Under the pieces are notes generated by a model, which had not been told where the DNA came from, did not search any database, and saw nothing but the letters and a program-made list of their open reading frames with translations. Source: Caulobacteraceae bacterium (GTDB taxonomy: Bacteria; Pseudomonadota; Alphaproteobacteria; Caulobacterales; Caulobacteraceae). Taken from it: a DNA stretch of 64,000 nucleotides. Below are positions 8,651-17,655 of this stretch, piece after piece (position 1 is the stretch's first letter; the number at the start of each line of letters is the position of its first letter). The stretch covers positions 286 through 64,285 of the forward strand of contig CANFKD010000001.1 of the NCBI GenBank assembly GCA_947447115.1. The letters run 5' to 3'. Both the position numbers and the translations under genes were made by a program.

Positions 8651-10054
8651 ATGAAACCCAAATCAAAACAGCGAAAGTCTGCCCCCGCGACCGCGCGCGG
8701 AGTCGCGTCTATTGAAGAGGCAACCCAATGGTTTGCCCGTCAAAATATCGAAGAGATCGAATGTTTCGTGCCTGACCTAGCCGGTGTGGCGCGCGGCAAG
8801 ATCATGCCGGTGCGTAAGTTCCTCAATGGCGGCACCATGAACCTGCCGATGTCGGTCTTCTATCAGACCATCACCGGCGATTTTCCAGACCTTGAAGGTC
8901 TGATTGGCGCGGTTCAGGCCGATACGGATATTTTCCTTGTCCCCGACTTTGCGACCCTCGCCAGCGTGCCTTGGGCGCAAGACCCAACGGCGCAGGTCAT
9001 TCATGACGCCTTTCATCCTGATGGTCGTCCCGTCGATGAGAGCCCGCGCCAAGTCTTGCGCCGGGTGCTGTCGCTCTACCGCGCCAAAGGATGGGAGCCG
9101 GTTGTCGCGCCAGAGCTTGAATTTTATCTGGTCGAAAAGAATGTCGACCCCGACTATCCGCTCAAACCGCCAACGGGCCGATCTGGACGCCCTGAGACGG
9201 GACGTCAGGGCTATTCGATCTCAGCGGTCAATGAGTTCGATGCCCTGTTCGAGGACATGTACGAATATTCCGAACGCCAAGGCCTAGAGATCGACACCCT
9301 GATCCACGAGAGCGGTGTTGCCCAGATGGAGATCAATCTGCGGCACGGCAACGCGTTGGAATTGGCCGATCAGGTTTTCATGTTCAAACGCACCATCCGT
9401 GAAGCGGCGATGGAGCACGAGATCTATGCCACCTTCATGGCCAAACCGATGGCCTCTGAGCCCGGCTCGGCGATGCATATTCACCAGTCGATCATTGATC
9501 CCATCACGGGCCAGAACCTCTTTTCTGACCCCGGCACAGATGGACCAACGGAGCTATTCTATAGTTTCATCGCCGGTCAGCAGCGCTACATGCCTGCAAT
9601 CATGGCCATCTTGGCACCCTATGTGAATTCCTACCGCCGGATCAGCAAAGAATCCGGCGCGCCGGTTAATACCCAATGGGGCTATGATAACCGCACGGCG
9701 GGCCTTCGCATTCCGCCATCGGACGCCGCCAACCGGCGGGTCGAAAACCGGGTCCCCTCCTCCGATGCCAATCCCTATCTGGCCATAGCGGCCGTTCTGG
9801 GCGCGGGCTATTTGGGCATGGTCTCAGCCCTCAAGCCTGAGCCGCCGGTGGATACAGACGCCAATCTTCGCGGCGTTGAACTGCCGCGCAGCCTGATTGA
9901 GTCGGTGGAATTTCTAAGCTCCTGCGTTCCGCTGCGCGAGATTCTGGGCGGCAGCTTCATTGACGCCTATTCGCGGGTCAAGCTCGCCGAATATGACGCC
10001 TTCATGCGCACCGTTAGTCCTTGGGAGCGGGAATTCCTGCTGCTCAACGTCTAG
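8651..10054 (+). CDS. glutamine synthetase family protein (gamma-glutamyl-polyamine synthetase, PuuA/PauA-like)
   Basis: 467 aa with the GS catalytic-domain pattern (PELEFYL, MHIHQS, NSYRR, NRTAGLRIP, ENRVPSSDANPYL). It is a paralog of the ORF at 49144..50547. Confidence 0.85.
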   Translation: MKPKSKQRKSAPATARGVASIEEATQWFARQNIEEIECFVPDLAGVARGKIMPVRKFLNGGTMNLPMSVFYQTITGDFPDLEGLIGAVQADTDIFLVPDFATLASVPWAQDPTAQVIHDAFHPDGRPVDESPRQVLRRVLSLYRAKGWEPVVAPELEFYLVEKNVDPDYPLKPPTGRSGRPETGRQGYSISAVNEFDALFEDMYEYSERQGLEIDTLIHESGVAQMEINLRHGNALELADQVFMFKRTIREAAMEHEIYATFMAKPMASEPGSAMHIHQSIIDPITGQNLFSDPGTDGPTELFYSFIAGQQRYMPAIMAILAPYVNSYRRISKESGAPVNTQWGYDNRTAGLRIPPSDAANRRVENRVPSSDANPYLAIAAVLGAGYLGMVSALKPEPPVDTDANLRGVELPRSLIESVEFLSSCVPLREILGGSFIDAYSRVKLAEYDAFMRTVSPWEREFLLLNV

Positions 10055-10059
10055 TCGCT

Positions 10060-11349
10060 ATGGCAGCGCGCAACCAAGGCCATCCGACGACCTCTTGGTA
10101 CGCTCAAACGGCAAACCCCTTCCCGGACCTTGCGTCCTTGAAAGGCGAACACCGCACAGAGGTCTGCATCATCGGTGCGGGCTATACCGGACTGGGCGCA
10201 GCCCTACGTCTGGCCGAACAAGGGGTTCCCACGATTGTCTTGGAGGAGGCGCAGGTCGGTTCCGGCGCGTCGGGTCGCAATGGTGGCCAGATCCATACGG
10301 GTCAAAGGCGTGATCAATATTGGCTTGAAAAAACGGTCGGACCTGATGATGCCATGGCCTTATGGACCCTTGCGCAGGACGCCAAGGCCCATCTGCATGG
10401 GCTGATTGCGCAATATGCCATCGCCTGTGATCTCAAGCCCGGACTGATCGAAGCGCGCCATAGACCGATCGGCGAGGACCACGACCGCGCTTGGCGTGAC
10501 CATATGGCGAGCCGCTACGGCTACGACCAGATCCGCCTGATCAATAGGGACGCACTGGCCCACGAGCTGGGTTGCGAGACCTATTTTGGGGGAACAATCG
10601 ATGAAGGCGGCGGACATCTTCATCCGCTCAACTTCGCCCTTGGATTAGGGCGTGCCGCTTTAATTAGCGGCGCGCAGATTTTCGAACGCTCGCGGGCCCT
10701 GTCTTGGCGCAAGACCGCTCGAGGTATGGAGGTCAGCACCCAGCAAGGCACGGTGATTTGCCAAAGGCTGATCTTGACCGGTGACGGCTATATTGATGGG
10801 CTATCCCCCTCCATCGATGCCCGGGTCATGCCAATCAACAACTTCATCTTGGCAACCGCGCCCTTGGGCGAGCTTGCCGACGAGATCATTCGTAGCGACG
10901 CGGCCGTTGCCGACAGCCGCTTTGTCGTAAACTATTTTCGCAAATCCCCCGATGGGCGGTTGCTGTTCGGTGGCGGCGAGAACTATTTGCCCGGATTTCC
11001 CTCAGACCTTGCGAGATTTGTGCGCCAGCACATGTTGAAGGTCTATCCAAGGCTCGCCGGCGTGCCAATCACCCATGCTTGGGGCGGCAGCCTCGGTATC
11101 ACCCTGAACCGAACGCCCTATGTCAGGGCCCTCGCGCCCGGTGTGGTCACCGCTGCGGGCTATAGTGGCCAGGGCGTGATGCTCGCGCCCTATTTTGGCA
11201 AGCTATTGGCCGAAACGAGCCTTGGCGAGATGTCCGGTCTTGATCTGCTATCGCGCATGCCCACCCCACCCTTTCCAGGAGGGAAATTCTTGCGTTGGCC
11301 CGCGCTGGTCGCAGGCTTGAGCTGGTATGCGCTGCGTGATCGGCTTTAG
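10060..11349 (+). CDS. FAD-dependent oxidoreductase (gamma-glutamylputrescine oxidase PuuB-like)
   Basis: VCIIGAGYTGLGAALRLAE dinucleotide fold. The ATG at 10060 lies 6 nt after the upstream stop, and the gene follows the GS-like gene as in puuA/puuB-type pairs. Confidence 0.8.
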   Translation: MAARNQGHPTTSWYAQTANPFPDLASLKGEHRTEVCIIGAGYTGLGAALRLAEQGVPTIVLEEAQVGSGASGRNGGQIHTGQRRDQYWLEKTVGPDDAMALWTLAQDAKAHLHGLIAQYAIACDLKPGLIEARHRPIGEDHDRAWRDHMASRYGYDQIRLINRDALAHELGCETYFGGTIDEGGGHLHPLNFALGLGRAALISGAQIFERSRALSWRKTARGMEVSTQQGTVICQRLILTGDGYIDGLSPSIDARVMPINNFILATAPLGELADEIIRSDAAVADSRFVVNYFRKSPDGRLLFGGGENYLPGFPSDLARFVRQHMLKVYPRLAGVPITHAWGGSLGITLNRTPYVRALAPGVVTAAGYSGQGVMLAPYFGKLLAETSLGEMSGLDLLSRMPTPPFPGGKFLRWPALVAGLSWYALRDRL

Positions 11350-11741
11350 TCTTTAGGATCAGTGTCCGCAAAAAAGGCTGCGATCAAACTTGAGATCATC
11401 TGAGGATTACGCACAGCGATGATCCCTGCAACCGCTGCAACGGCTGCGCTGACCAAGGGCTTATCGCGCACGACGGCCATTAGGGTTGCCAAGATGGGCG
11501 AAGTTTCTGGCAAGGCCTGAACCGGGCGTTTCTCGGCCGCCGCAGGTCGACTGGCCACAAGTGCAACGATAAGCGCCACCAGCGCAAACAGACACGCAAC
11601 GATGGCATAGGCCATGACCTCACCGCAAAGGCTGCGTAACAGCACAAAGAGACCAAAAGCGGCCGCCACGAGGCTGATGCCCGCGCAGACGGCGACGACT
11701 GTGGCGGTTGTGAGGGTCTGAATGACCGTCTTTCGGATCAT
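11346..11741 (-). CDS. small membrane protein (YqjE / phage-holin-family-like)
   Basis: 131 aa with 3-4 hydrophobic helices. It is translationally coupled (4-nt overlap) to the upstream DUF883-like gene. Confidence 0.55.
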   Translation of the reverse strand: MIRKTVIQTLTTATVVAVCAGISLVAAAFGLFVLLRSLCGEVMAYAIVACLFALVALIVALVASRPAAAEKRPVQALPETSPILATLMAVVRDKPLVSAAVAAVAGIIAVRNPQMISSLIAAFFADTDPKD

Positions 11742-12067
11742 CTGCGCCGTCCAGTGCTCAAGAGCAGGCCAATGACGACACCGACCCCTAAGGCCATCGC
11801 CGTCGCGGTCAGGGGTCGATTTCGAACCTGATCTGAAACAGCCTTCTGAGCCGCTTCGAGTTGGTCCTCGGCATTGTCGATCAGGGGCTTGGACTGCGCC
11901 CCAAGCGCCTTCAAGCCCTCACGAAACACGGCTTCAACCCGGTTGATCAGGTCTGCGACAGCCGCCTCAGTAACAGGCCCGGTTGAAGCGTCAGCCTTGT
12001 GGGCACCCTTTGGCGCGCTGGATGGCGGTATTGTGGCATCTGGTTCAGCGGACATGTCGACCCTCAT
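11738..12067 (-). CDS. DUF883 (YqjD/ElaB-like) membrane-anchored protein
   Basis: 109 aa with a helical N-terminal part and the typical C-terminal anchor NRPLTATAMALGVGVVIGLLLS. Confidence 0.6.
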   Translation of the reverse strand: MRVDMSAEPDATIPPSSAPKGAHKADASTGPVTEAAVADLINRVEAVFREGLKALGAQSKPLIDNAEDQLEAAQKAVSDQVRNRPLTATAMALGVGVVIGLLLSTGRRR

Positions 12068-12222
12068 TTAAAATGCCAAGCCGCAAGGCAAGGCGCATGA
12101 TGCCAATATCGGGTACACCACTCTTCAAGAAATATAGGGACACCCTATTACCCGTTCTAGGGCTGTGCCAAGCGATCACCGCCATCTAGACTTGCGGCAA
12201 ATAGCGCATGGCACACACCAGA

Positions 12223-15200
12223 TCAGTCCGATTTGCTCACAGAAGTAAGATTATCGTCCGCATTTCGATCGATCAGCTTGGCGTAAGGGTCGACGCCGGC
12301 GAATTTTGGCAAGCTCGGAACCGTTAGGACTATGGTCTGAACGCCCGACCGCAAGGGGATGGACTTAAAGGCCAGTACTTTTGATCGATCAAAATCCTTG
12401 TCCTCTGGCTTGACCATAAAGAGCCCGACATCCACCGCTTCGGCCATAGGAACCGCTGTTTCCTTGCCCTGCCCATCGGCATTGAACTTTTTAGCGTCGA
12501 CGGTAAGGGCGAGATCATATTGACCGTCCTTGCGCTTTGCGGCGACGGCCTTTGTGGTCTTGACGTCAAAGACGGTGATCTTCTCAAACAGGTCCGTGAT
12601 TAGATCCTGTTTATCTGCTGGAACCTCGGCCCGCACGGCCGCCACAAGATCAAGCGACGTCGGATAGGGCGCGGCCTTAAAGGCATATTTGGACAGAATT
12701 GAGCGAAGGGCGCGGTTGATGGCTGCCTCCCCGATCTCGTCCTTCAGGCGGTACATGACCAGAGCGCCCTTGCGATAGTGGATATAGGGCTGGTTTTCCA
12801 CGCGGATCAAAGGCAGTTCTTCGATGGCCTCTGCGCCGCGGCTGCGCAGATAGTTATCGAGTTCATATTTGAGGAACTTGCGAATTTTCTCCGGGCCATA
12901 GAGCTTTTCCATAACCATGAGGGCCGAATATTGCGCCAAGGTTTCGGACAGAACCGTGGAGCCCTGTTGATCCGCTCCAATGATCTGGTGGGCCCACCAT
13001 TGGTGCGCTAACTCGTGGGCCGTCACATAGGTGACGAGGTCAATCTTTTCGGGGTCCTTATAGTTGGCAATGAAGCCTAGGCCTTCGGAATAGGGGATCG
13101 TGTTGGCAAAGGACTGCGCAAATTGCGCATAGTCCGGAAATTCTAGGATCCGCGCCTGTCTAAACTGATAGGGACCAAATTGGGCCTGATAATAGTCCAG
13201 CGAGAGCGTCATGGCTCGCATCATCCGGTCAATGTTCCAGGGATGTTGCGCATCATAATAGATCGCCAGATCGACGCCCCGATAGGTTTGCGACTTGACC
13301 TGATAACGGGCCGATTGGATCGAGAAAAATTGCAAGATGGGGGCTTCGGTCTTAAACCGAACCGTGCGCCGACCCTCAGATAGCTTTTCCGACACCCGAT
13401 AGCCGGGCGCGATAGGGGTTTGGTCAGCATCGGTCGTGACCGTGATGTCGGCTTGGACCCAATCAGAATCATGGCGCAGATAGTGATAACCCCGCGACGC
13501 GGCATCGCCGAGTTTGGCCATCCGCAACTCAGAGGGCAGACCATATTTTCGCCGTTTGCTGCGATCGGTCAGGAGTGGCGCTCGGCTGACCCCGAATCCA
13601 GGCGCTATTTCCTGATCATTAATGAAGGTGCCATTGTCGACAAGGCTGGTCTCCACACCGCTATTTTTAAAACCCTTTTGCTCCAAGGTGGTTGTGAAGG
13701 ACAGGCTACGTCTTTCACCCGGTTGAAGGGGCGTGTCGAAACTGAAAATCCGATAATTGTACTGATCGTAGGTCTTTTTGGGCCGAGCGCCCTCAATGGC
13801 GAGCGCATCGACCTTAAGGTCGCGAATAAACTGCACATGCATTTCACGCAAAGGCGCATTTGTGCGGTTTTCGAACCGATAGACGCCATTGGTCACCAAG
13901 CGATTCTGATGGGGGTGAATATCCACATCGAGGGTCACATCAAAGATCCGCGGCTGCGCGACCTTTTCAAACGGCAGTAGGTCCTTTTCGTAAGCGGCCT
14001 GCCACTTTTCATCGTCTAGGTGCGTGCGGTAGCTGTTCCAGATGTTCGTATTGGTAAAAATATAGCTTCCCGTCGCGACAAACACCGTCAAAGCGGTGCC
14101 CAGAATAATCCCGGGAGCCCCCTTCAGGCGCGCGCCAAGACGCCGAAGCCTCGGCACGAGACGTGTATCCACCCCCCGCCGCCACAGGGTATGGGACAGC
14201 ACACAAAGAACGAGAGCAAAGGCGGTCCAGTAGAGGCGCAGCCAGGCATTGGCGATCCAGAACTGGCCTTGTCCATTCATATCCGACAGGGGCACGTAAG
14301 GTGCGGCCCCATAGCGATAGAGCAGATGCTCCCAACCCAAACTGCCCATGACCTGTCTGGAGATCAAATAGAGCACCATCAGGCCCCAGCCGACAAACTT
14401 CTGGGGCGATAGGGTCTGCAAAAAGACCGCTAGAATTGCGATCAGAAGGAAACTCACCGCGTCTGGAAGAACCAGCCACAGCAGATATTTCCCAACCTCA
14501 AAACTGAAATAGCCCTTGATTGCCTGCAAGGCGACGGCGGTCATTACGCCAACAGCTAAGGTCGATATCAGCACTAGGGTTATGGCGAGGGTCTTGGGGA
14601 CAAAGAAGGCCCAGTCCGGGATCGGCGTGGCGTCAATAATCTCATGGGTGCGCCGGTCGCGTTCGCGCCAGACCAGCTCGCCCGCATAATAGATCGCGAC
14701 AATGATTGGGATGATGCTGAAGGCGTTTTCGAGTGTTGAGATCATCACCCGTGTGACGGGATAGATGGTCCCGCCATAGAGGTCATTGGCATACCAAAGT
14801 GACGCCCCGGCATTGACCACGCCGAGCGCCAAAAGCACGATATAGGCCGGGCTTAGAAAGACTTGGCTGAGTTCCAAGCGGGTTCGAACCAAGAGCAGGG
14901 TCCAGCGTGACTGAGCATCATATTTTGGGACTGGTAGCGCGCCGCTGCGAGCCGGTGGGGCCGGATCGTTGGCCCTCTCCGCTTGCCCCCCTTTCGGCCG
15001 CCGAGCAGCGGGGGCTTCAAACCGAAAAAGACTATAGGCTAGGGCCAAAAAGCCTGCCGATAGGGCAAGGCTAAAGAGCCTGTTCCACATTAAGAGTCCG
15101 CTGAAGGCCGGGGTTAAGAGATTGCGGTCCGCCGCGGTCCAATATTTGGTCGCAAGCCCATAGGCCGCCAATCCAAAGGGCTCAAACAGGGCTGAACCCT

Positions 15201-15804
15201 GCTCGAACTGCGGCTTGTCCAGCAAGGTCATGGACGTCAAATAGATAACGAAGAACGCGACAACACCGACATAGGTCGCCATCATCGACCGCGTGATGGT
15301 CGCGACAGAAAAGAACACAGCACTGGTTAAAAGGAGCGCGGGAAGGGCCAAGACCCCATAGGCAAAGCCATAGTCCTGTAACCGGTTGGGTCCCAAGGTT
15401 TCCCCGTCTACCCAAGGCATTAATGAGCCCAGGAAGAAAGCCAGTGGAACGCTTAGATAGGCCACTGCGGCGGCGGCGACGCCTCCACTAAACCGGCCGA
15501 AGAGATAGTTGGCTTTGGTGACCCTCGTCGACCGGATGATGGGGCCAAATCCGGTTTCGTCATCGCGAACAACCACATTGGCCACAAAGGCTGCTGTCAC
15601 GAACATGTAGAACAGCGACAAGATTAGGTGGGTCTGGGCAATTGCGAACGGCGAATTGCGATGAACATTTCCTCCAGACCCGATTTGGATCTGGTCGATC
15701 GTGACCGAGCCAAAGGTTAGAAGGAAAAAGAATATGAACACCACCCAGAACAGAGGCTGTCTAAGCTGGTAGCGAAACTCAAAGGTCGCAATCTTGCCGA
15801 ACAT
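12223..15804 (-). CDS. fusion protein: ABC-2-type permease (about 13 TM) plus C-terminal M1-family zinc metallopeptidase domain
   Basis: 1193 aa. Residues 1 to about 590 hold two blocks of 6 hydrophobic helices plus a 13th. The C-terminal part of about 600 aa carries HELAHQWW (nt 13003..13017 on the minus strand) followed by LSETLAQY, the zinc-binding HExxH...E of M1 peptidases. Confidence 0.85.
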   Translation of the reverse strand: MFGKIATFEFRYQLRQPLFWVVFIFFFLLTFGSVTIDQIQIGSGGNVHRNSPFAIAQTHLILSLFYMFVTAAFVANVVVRDDETGFGPIIRSTRVTKANYLFGRFSGGVAAAAVAYLSVPLAFFLGSLMPWVDGETLGPNRLQDYGFAYGVLALPALLLTSAVFFSVATITRSMMATYVGVVAFFVIYLTSMTLLDKPQFEQGSALFEPFGLAAYGLATKYWTAADRNLLTPAFSGLLMWNRLFSLALSAGFLALAYSLFRFEAPAARRPKGGQAERANDPAPPARSGALPVPKYDAQSRWTLLLVRTRLELSQVFLSPAYIVLLALGVVNAGASLWYANDLYGGTIYPVTRVMISTLENAFSIIPIIVAIYYAGELVWRERDRRTHEIIDATPIPDWAFFVPKTLAITLVLISTLAVGVMTAVALQAIKGYFSFEVGKYLLWLVLPDAVSFLLIAILAVFLQTLSPQKFVGWGLMVLYLISRQVMGSLGWEHLLYRYGAAPYVPLSDMNGQGQFWIANAWLRLYWTAFALVLCVLSHTLWRRGVDTRLVPRLRRLGARLKGAPGIILGTALTVFVATGSYIFTNTNIWNSYRTHLDDEKWQAAYEKDLLPFEKVAQPRIFDVTLDVDIHPHQNRLVTNGVYRFENRTNAPLREMHVQFIRDLKVDALAIEGARPKKTYDQYNYRIFSFDTPLQPGERRSLSFTTTLEQKGFKNSGVETSLVDNGTFINDQEIAPGFGVSRAPLLTDRSKRRKYGLPSELRMAKLGDAASRGYHYLRHDSDWVQADITVTTDADQTPIAPGYRVSEKLSEGRRTVRFKTEAPILQFFSIQSARYQVKSQTYRGVDLAIYYDAQHPWNIDRMMRAMTLSLDYYQAQFGPYQFRQARILEFPDYAQFAQSFANTIPYSEGLGFIANYKDPEKIDLVTYVTAHELAHQWWAHQIIGADQQGSTVLSETLAQYSALMVMEKLYGPEKIRKFLKYELDNYLRSRGAEAIEELPLIRVENQPYIHYRKGALVMYRLKDEIGEAAINRALRSILSKYAFKAAPYPTSLDLVAAVRAEVPADKQDLITDLFEKITVFDVKTTKAVAAKRKDGQYDLALTVDAKKFNADGQGKETAVPMAEAVDVGLFMVKPEDKDFDRSKVLAFKSIPLRSGVQTIVLTVPSLPKFAGVDPYAKLIDRNADDNLTSVSKSD

Positions 15805-15820
15805 CGATCAGACCCCCGGT

Positions 15821-16741
15821 TCAAGCCACGCGGCGCGAAGCAGATAGGACGGAGAAGTAAACATCCTCCAACCCACCCAAGACCGGTTCAAAACCGTCTC
15901 CTGGCGGGGTATCGGCTAGGACGTGCACGACCGTCGCCCCCGCAAAAAGCCGTGTTGAGATCACCTCATGATCCTTTCGGACCGCCTCAAGGTTTTGGCG
16001 ATTGATGGTCTTTTTCCAAACCCGCCCCTTGAGGCTCTCAATCAGACCAAGGGGCGCGCCTTGGCTTAGGATCCGGCCTTCAGCCAAAATAGCCATCGAC
16101 GGGCAAAGGTCGGCAACATCTTCAACAATATGGGTCGACAGGATGACCACGACATTTTCGCCGATCTCGGCCAAGAGGTTCAGGAACCGATTTCGTTCTT
16201 CCGGATCAAGGCCTGCCGTAGGCTCATCGACAATGATCAGGCGTGGATCACCGATCAGGGCCTGAGCAATACCAAAGCGCTGGCGCATACCCCCTGAAAA
16301 TCCCGCCAAGGCCTTGTGACGCACGGTCCAAAGATTGACCTGATTGAGAAGGGCCTCAACCGTCTCCTTACGCGCGGCCGGTTGAGCAACACCTTTAAGA
16401 ACTGCCATTTGGTCAAGCATGTCATAGGCCGACACGCGGGGATAAACGCCGAAGTCTTGGGGCAGGTACCCCAGTTGACGGCGCAGAGCCTCTGGATCGG
16501 CCAGAACATCGATCTCATCAAAGCGCAAATGGCCAGATGTGGGGGTCTGTAAGGTCGCAATGGTCCGCATCAAGGTCGACTTGCCCGCGCCATTGGGGCC
16601 AAGCAGGCCAAACATGCCGTTAGGAATAACCAGATCGATACCGCGCAGCGCATGGGCACCATTGGGATAGACGTGGTTCAAATTCTCGATGATCAACATG
16701 GTCAAGGGTCCTGTCGGCCGGTCCCGACCTATCGCAGTCAA
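15821..16741 (-). CDS. ABC transporter ATP-binding protein (partner of the permease-peptidase fusion)
   Basis: Walker A GPNGAGKST, signature FSGGMRQR and Walker B LIIVDEPTAGLD. It lies 16 nt upstream of the fusion gene. The true start may be the internal Met at 16699. Confidence 0.9.
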   Translation of the reverse strand: MTAIGRDRPTGPLTMLIIENLNHVYPNGAHALRGIDLVIPNGMFGLLGPNGAGKSTLMRTIATLQTPTSGHLRFDEIDVLADPEALRRQLGYLPQDFGVYPRVSAYDMLDQMAVLKGVAQPAARKETVEALLNQVNLWTVRHKALAGFSGGMRQRFGIAQALIGDPRLIIVDEPTAGLDPEERNRFLNLLAEIGENVVVILSTHIVEDVADLCPSMAILAEGRILSQGAPLGLIESLKGRVWKKTINRQNLEAVRKDHEVISTRLFAGATVVHVLADTPPGDGFEPVLGGLEDVYFSVLSASRRVA

Positions 16742-16861
16742 GACATTCGCGCCACCTTAGGTGTTATTTAGGGCGCGGCCTGTGAGGAAAATCAAGTTAA
16801 ACAACCGTAACCCTTGTCTCTTGAGACTTTACCGGGCGTCGGAAGTCCCTAATCTGCAGCC

Positions 16862-17578
16862 ATGTCCAGCTTTACATTCCCCCCACCCGCTCGCCCTGCC
16901 GTTCCCGTTGAAGGAACCTCAGCGCTTTTCCCGGTCCGCCGCATCCTGTGCGTTGGACGCAACTATGCGGCCCATGCCCGGGAAATGGGCGCCGATGAAC
17001 GCGATCTACCGTTCTTCTTTTCCAAGCCTGCCGATGCGGTTGTGATCTGTCCGCCGGGGCAATCTGTGACACTCCCCTACCCTTCGGCAACATCGGATCT
17101 GCATCATGAGGTCGAACTGGTGGCTGCCCTTTCAAGCGGGGGCTCAAACCTTACCCCCGAGCAGGGTCTTGCGGCGGTCTATGGCTATGCGGTTGGCGTG
17201 GACCTGACGCGCCGCGATCTTCAAAACGGCTTTAAGGCCAAGGGACAGCCTTGGGATGCGGCCAAGGGCTTTGATCTTTCCGCGCCCATCAGTCCTATTC
17301 GCCGCAAAGCCAACTGTCCCTTACCTCAAGACGGTATAGGCCAGGGCCAAGGGAAAATATGGCTGAGCGTGGACGGGCAGACACGGCAAGATGGCCGGCT
17401 CGAAGATATGATTTGGTCCGTTGGAGAAACCATTGCCCAAGCCTCGCGGCTTTGGACCTTGGCGGCAGGTGATTTGATATTTACGGGAACACCAGAGGGG
17501 GTCGGCCCCATTAAGGTCAATGAATCCGTAATGGCTGGAATCGAAGGTGTTGGAGAAATATTGTTTAAACTACTGTAA
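16862..17578 (+). CDS. fumarylacetoacetate hydrolase (FAH) family protein
   Basis: 238 aa. RILCVGRNYAAHAREMG, HHEVELV and DLIFTGTPEGVGPI are typical FAH-fold motifs. Confidence 0.85.
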   Translation: MSSFTFPPPARPAVPVEGTSALFPVRRILCVGRNYAAHAREMGADERDLPFFFSKPADAVVICPPGQSVTLPYPSATSDLHHEVELVAALSSGGSNLTPEQGLAAVYGYAVGVDLTRRDLQNGFKAKGQPWDAAKGFDLSAPISPIRRKANCPLPQDGIGQGQGKIWLSVDGQTRQDGRLEDMIWSVGETIAQASRLWTLAAGDLIFTGTPEGVGPIKVNESVMAGIEGVGEILFKLL

Positions 17579-17655
17579 AGACTAGACGCGGTGGCAACAA
17601 TAGTTATGATTATAATCAATATAGTGTAAACATATTTATCCCACACCCTGCTTGA

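Noticed and set aside
12134-12148. The palindrome ATAGGG-ACA-CCCTAT, 67 nt upstream of the DUF883 gene, and the GTCTC-TT-GAGAC hairpin at 16816..16827.
   Set aside because: Short arms of 5-6 bp are expected by chance in 64 kb, and no repeat of the motif was found elsewhere. I note them only as possible operators.
17326-17646. A 106-aa minus-strand ORF (MWDKYVYTILIIIITIV...) overlapping the FAH gene end and the AT-rich spacer.
   Set aside because: The hydrophobic start is an artefact of translating the AT-rich spacer. The remainder is antisense to the FAH gene.
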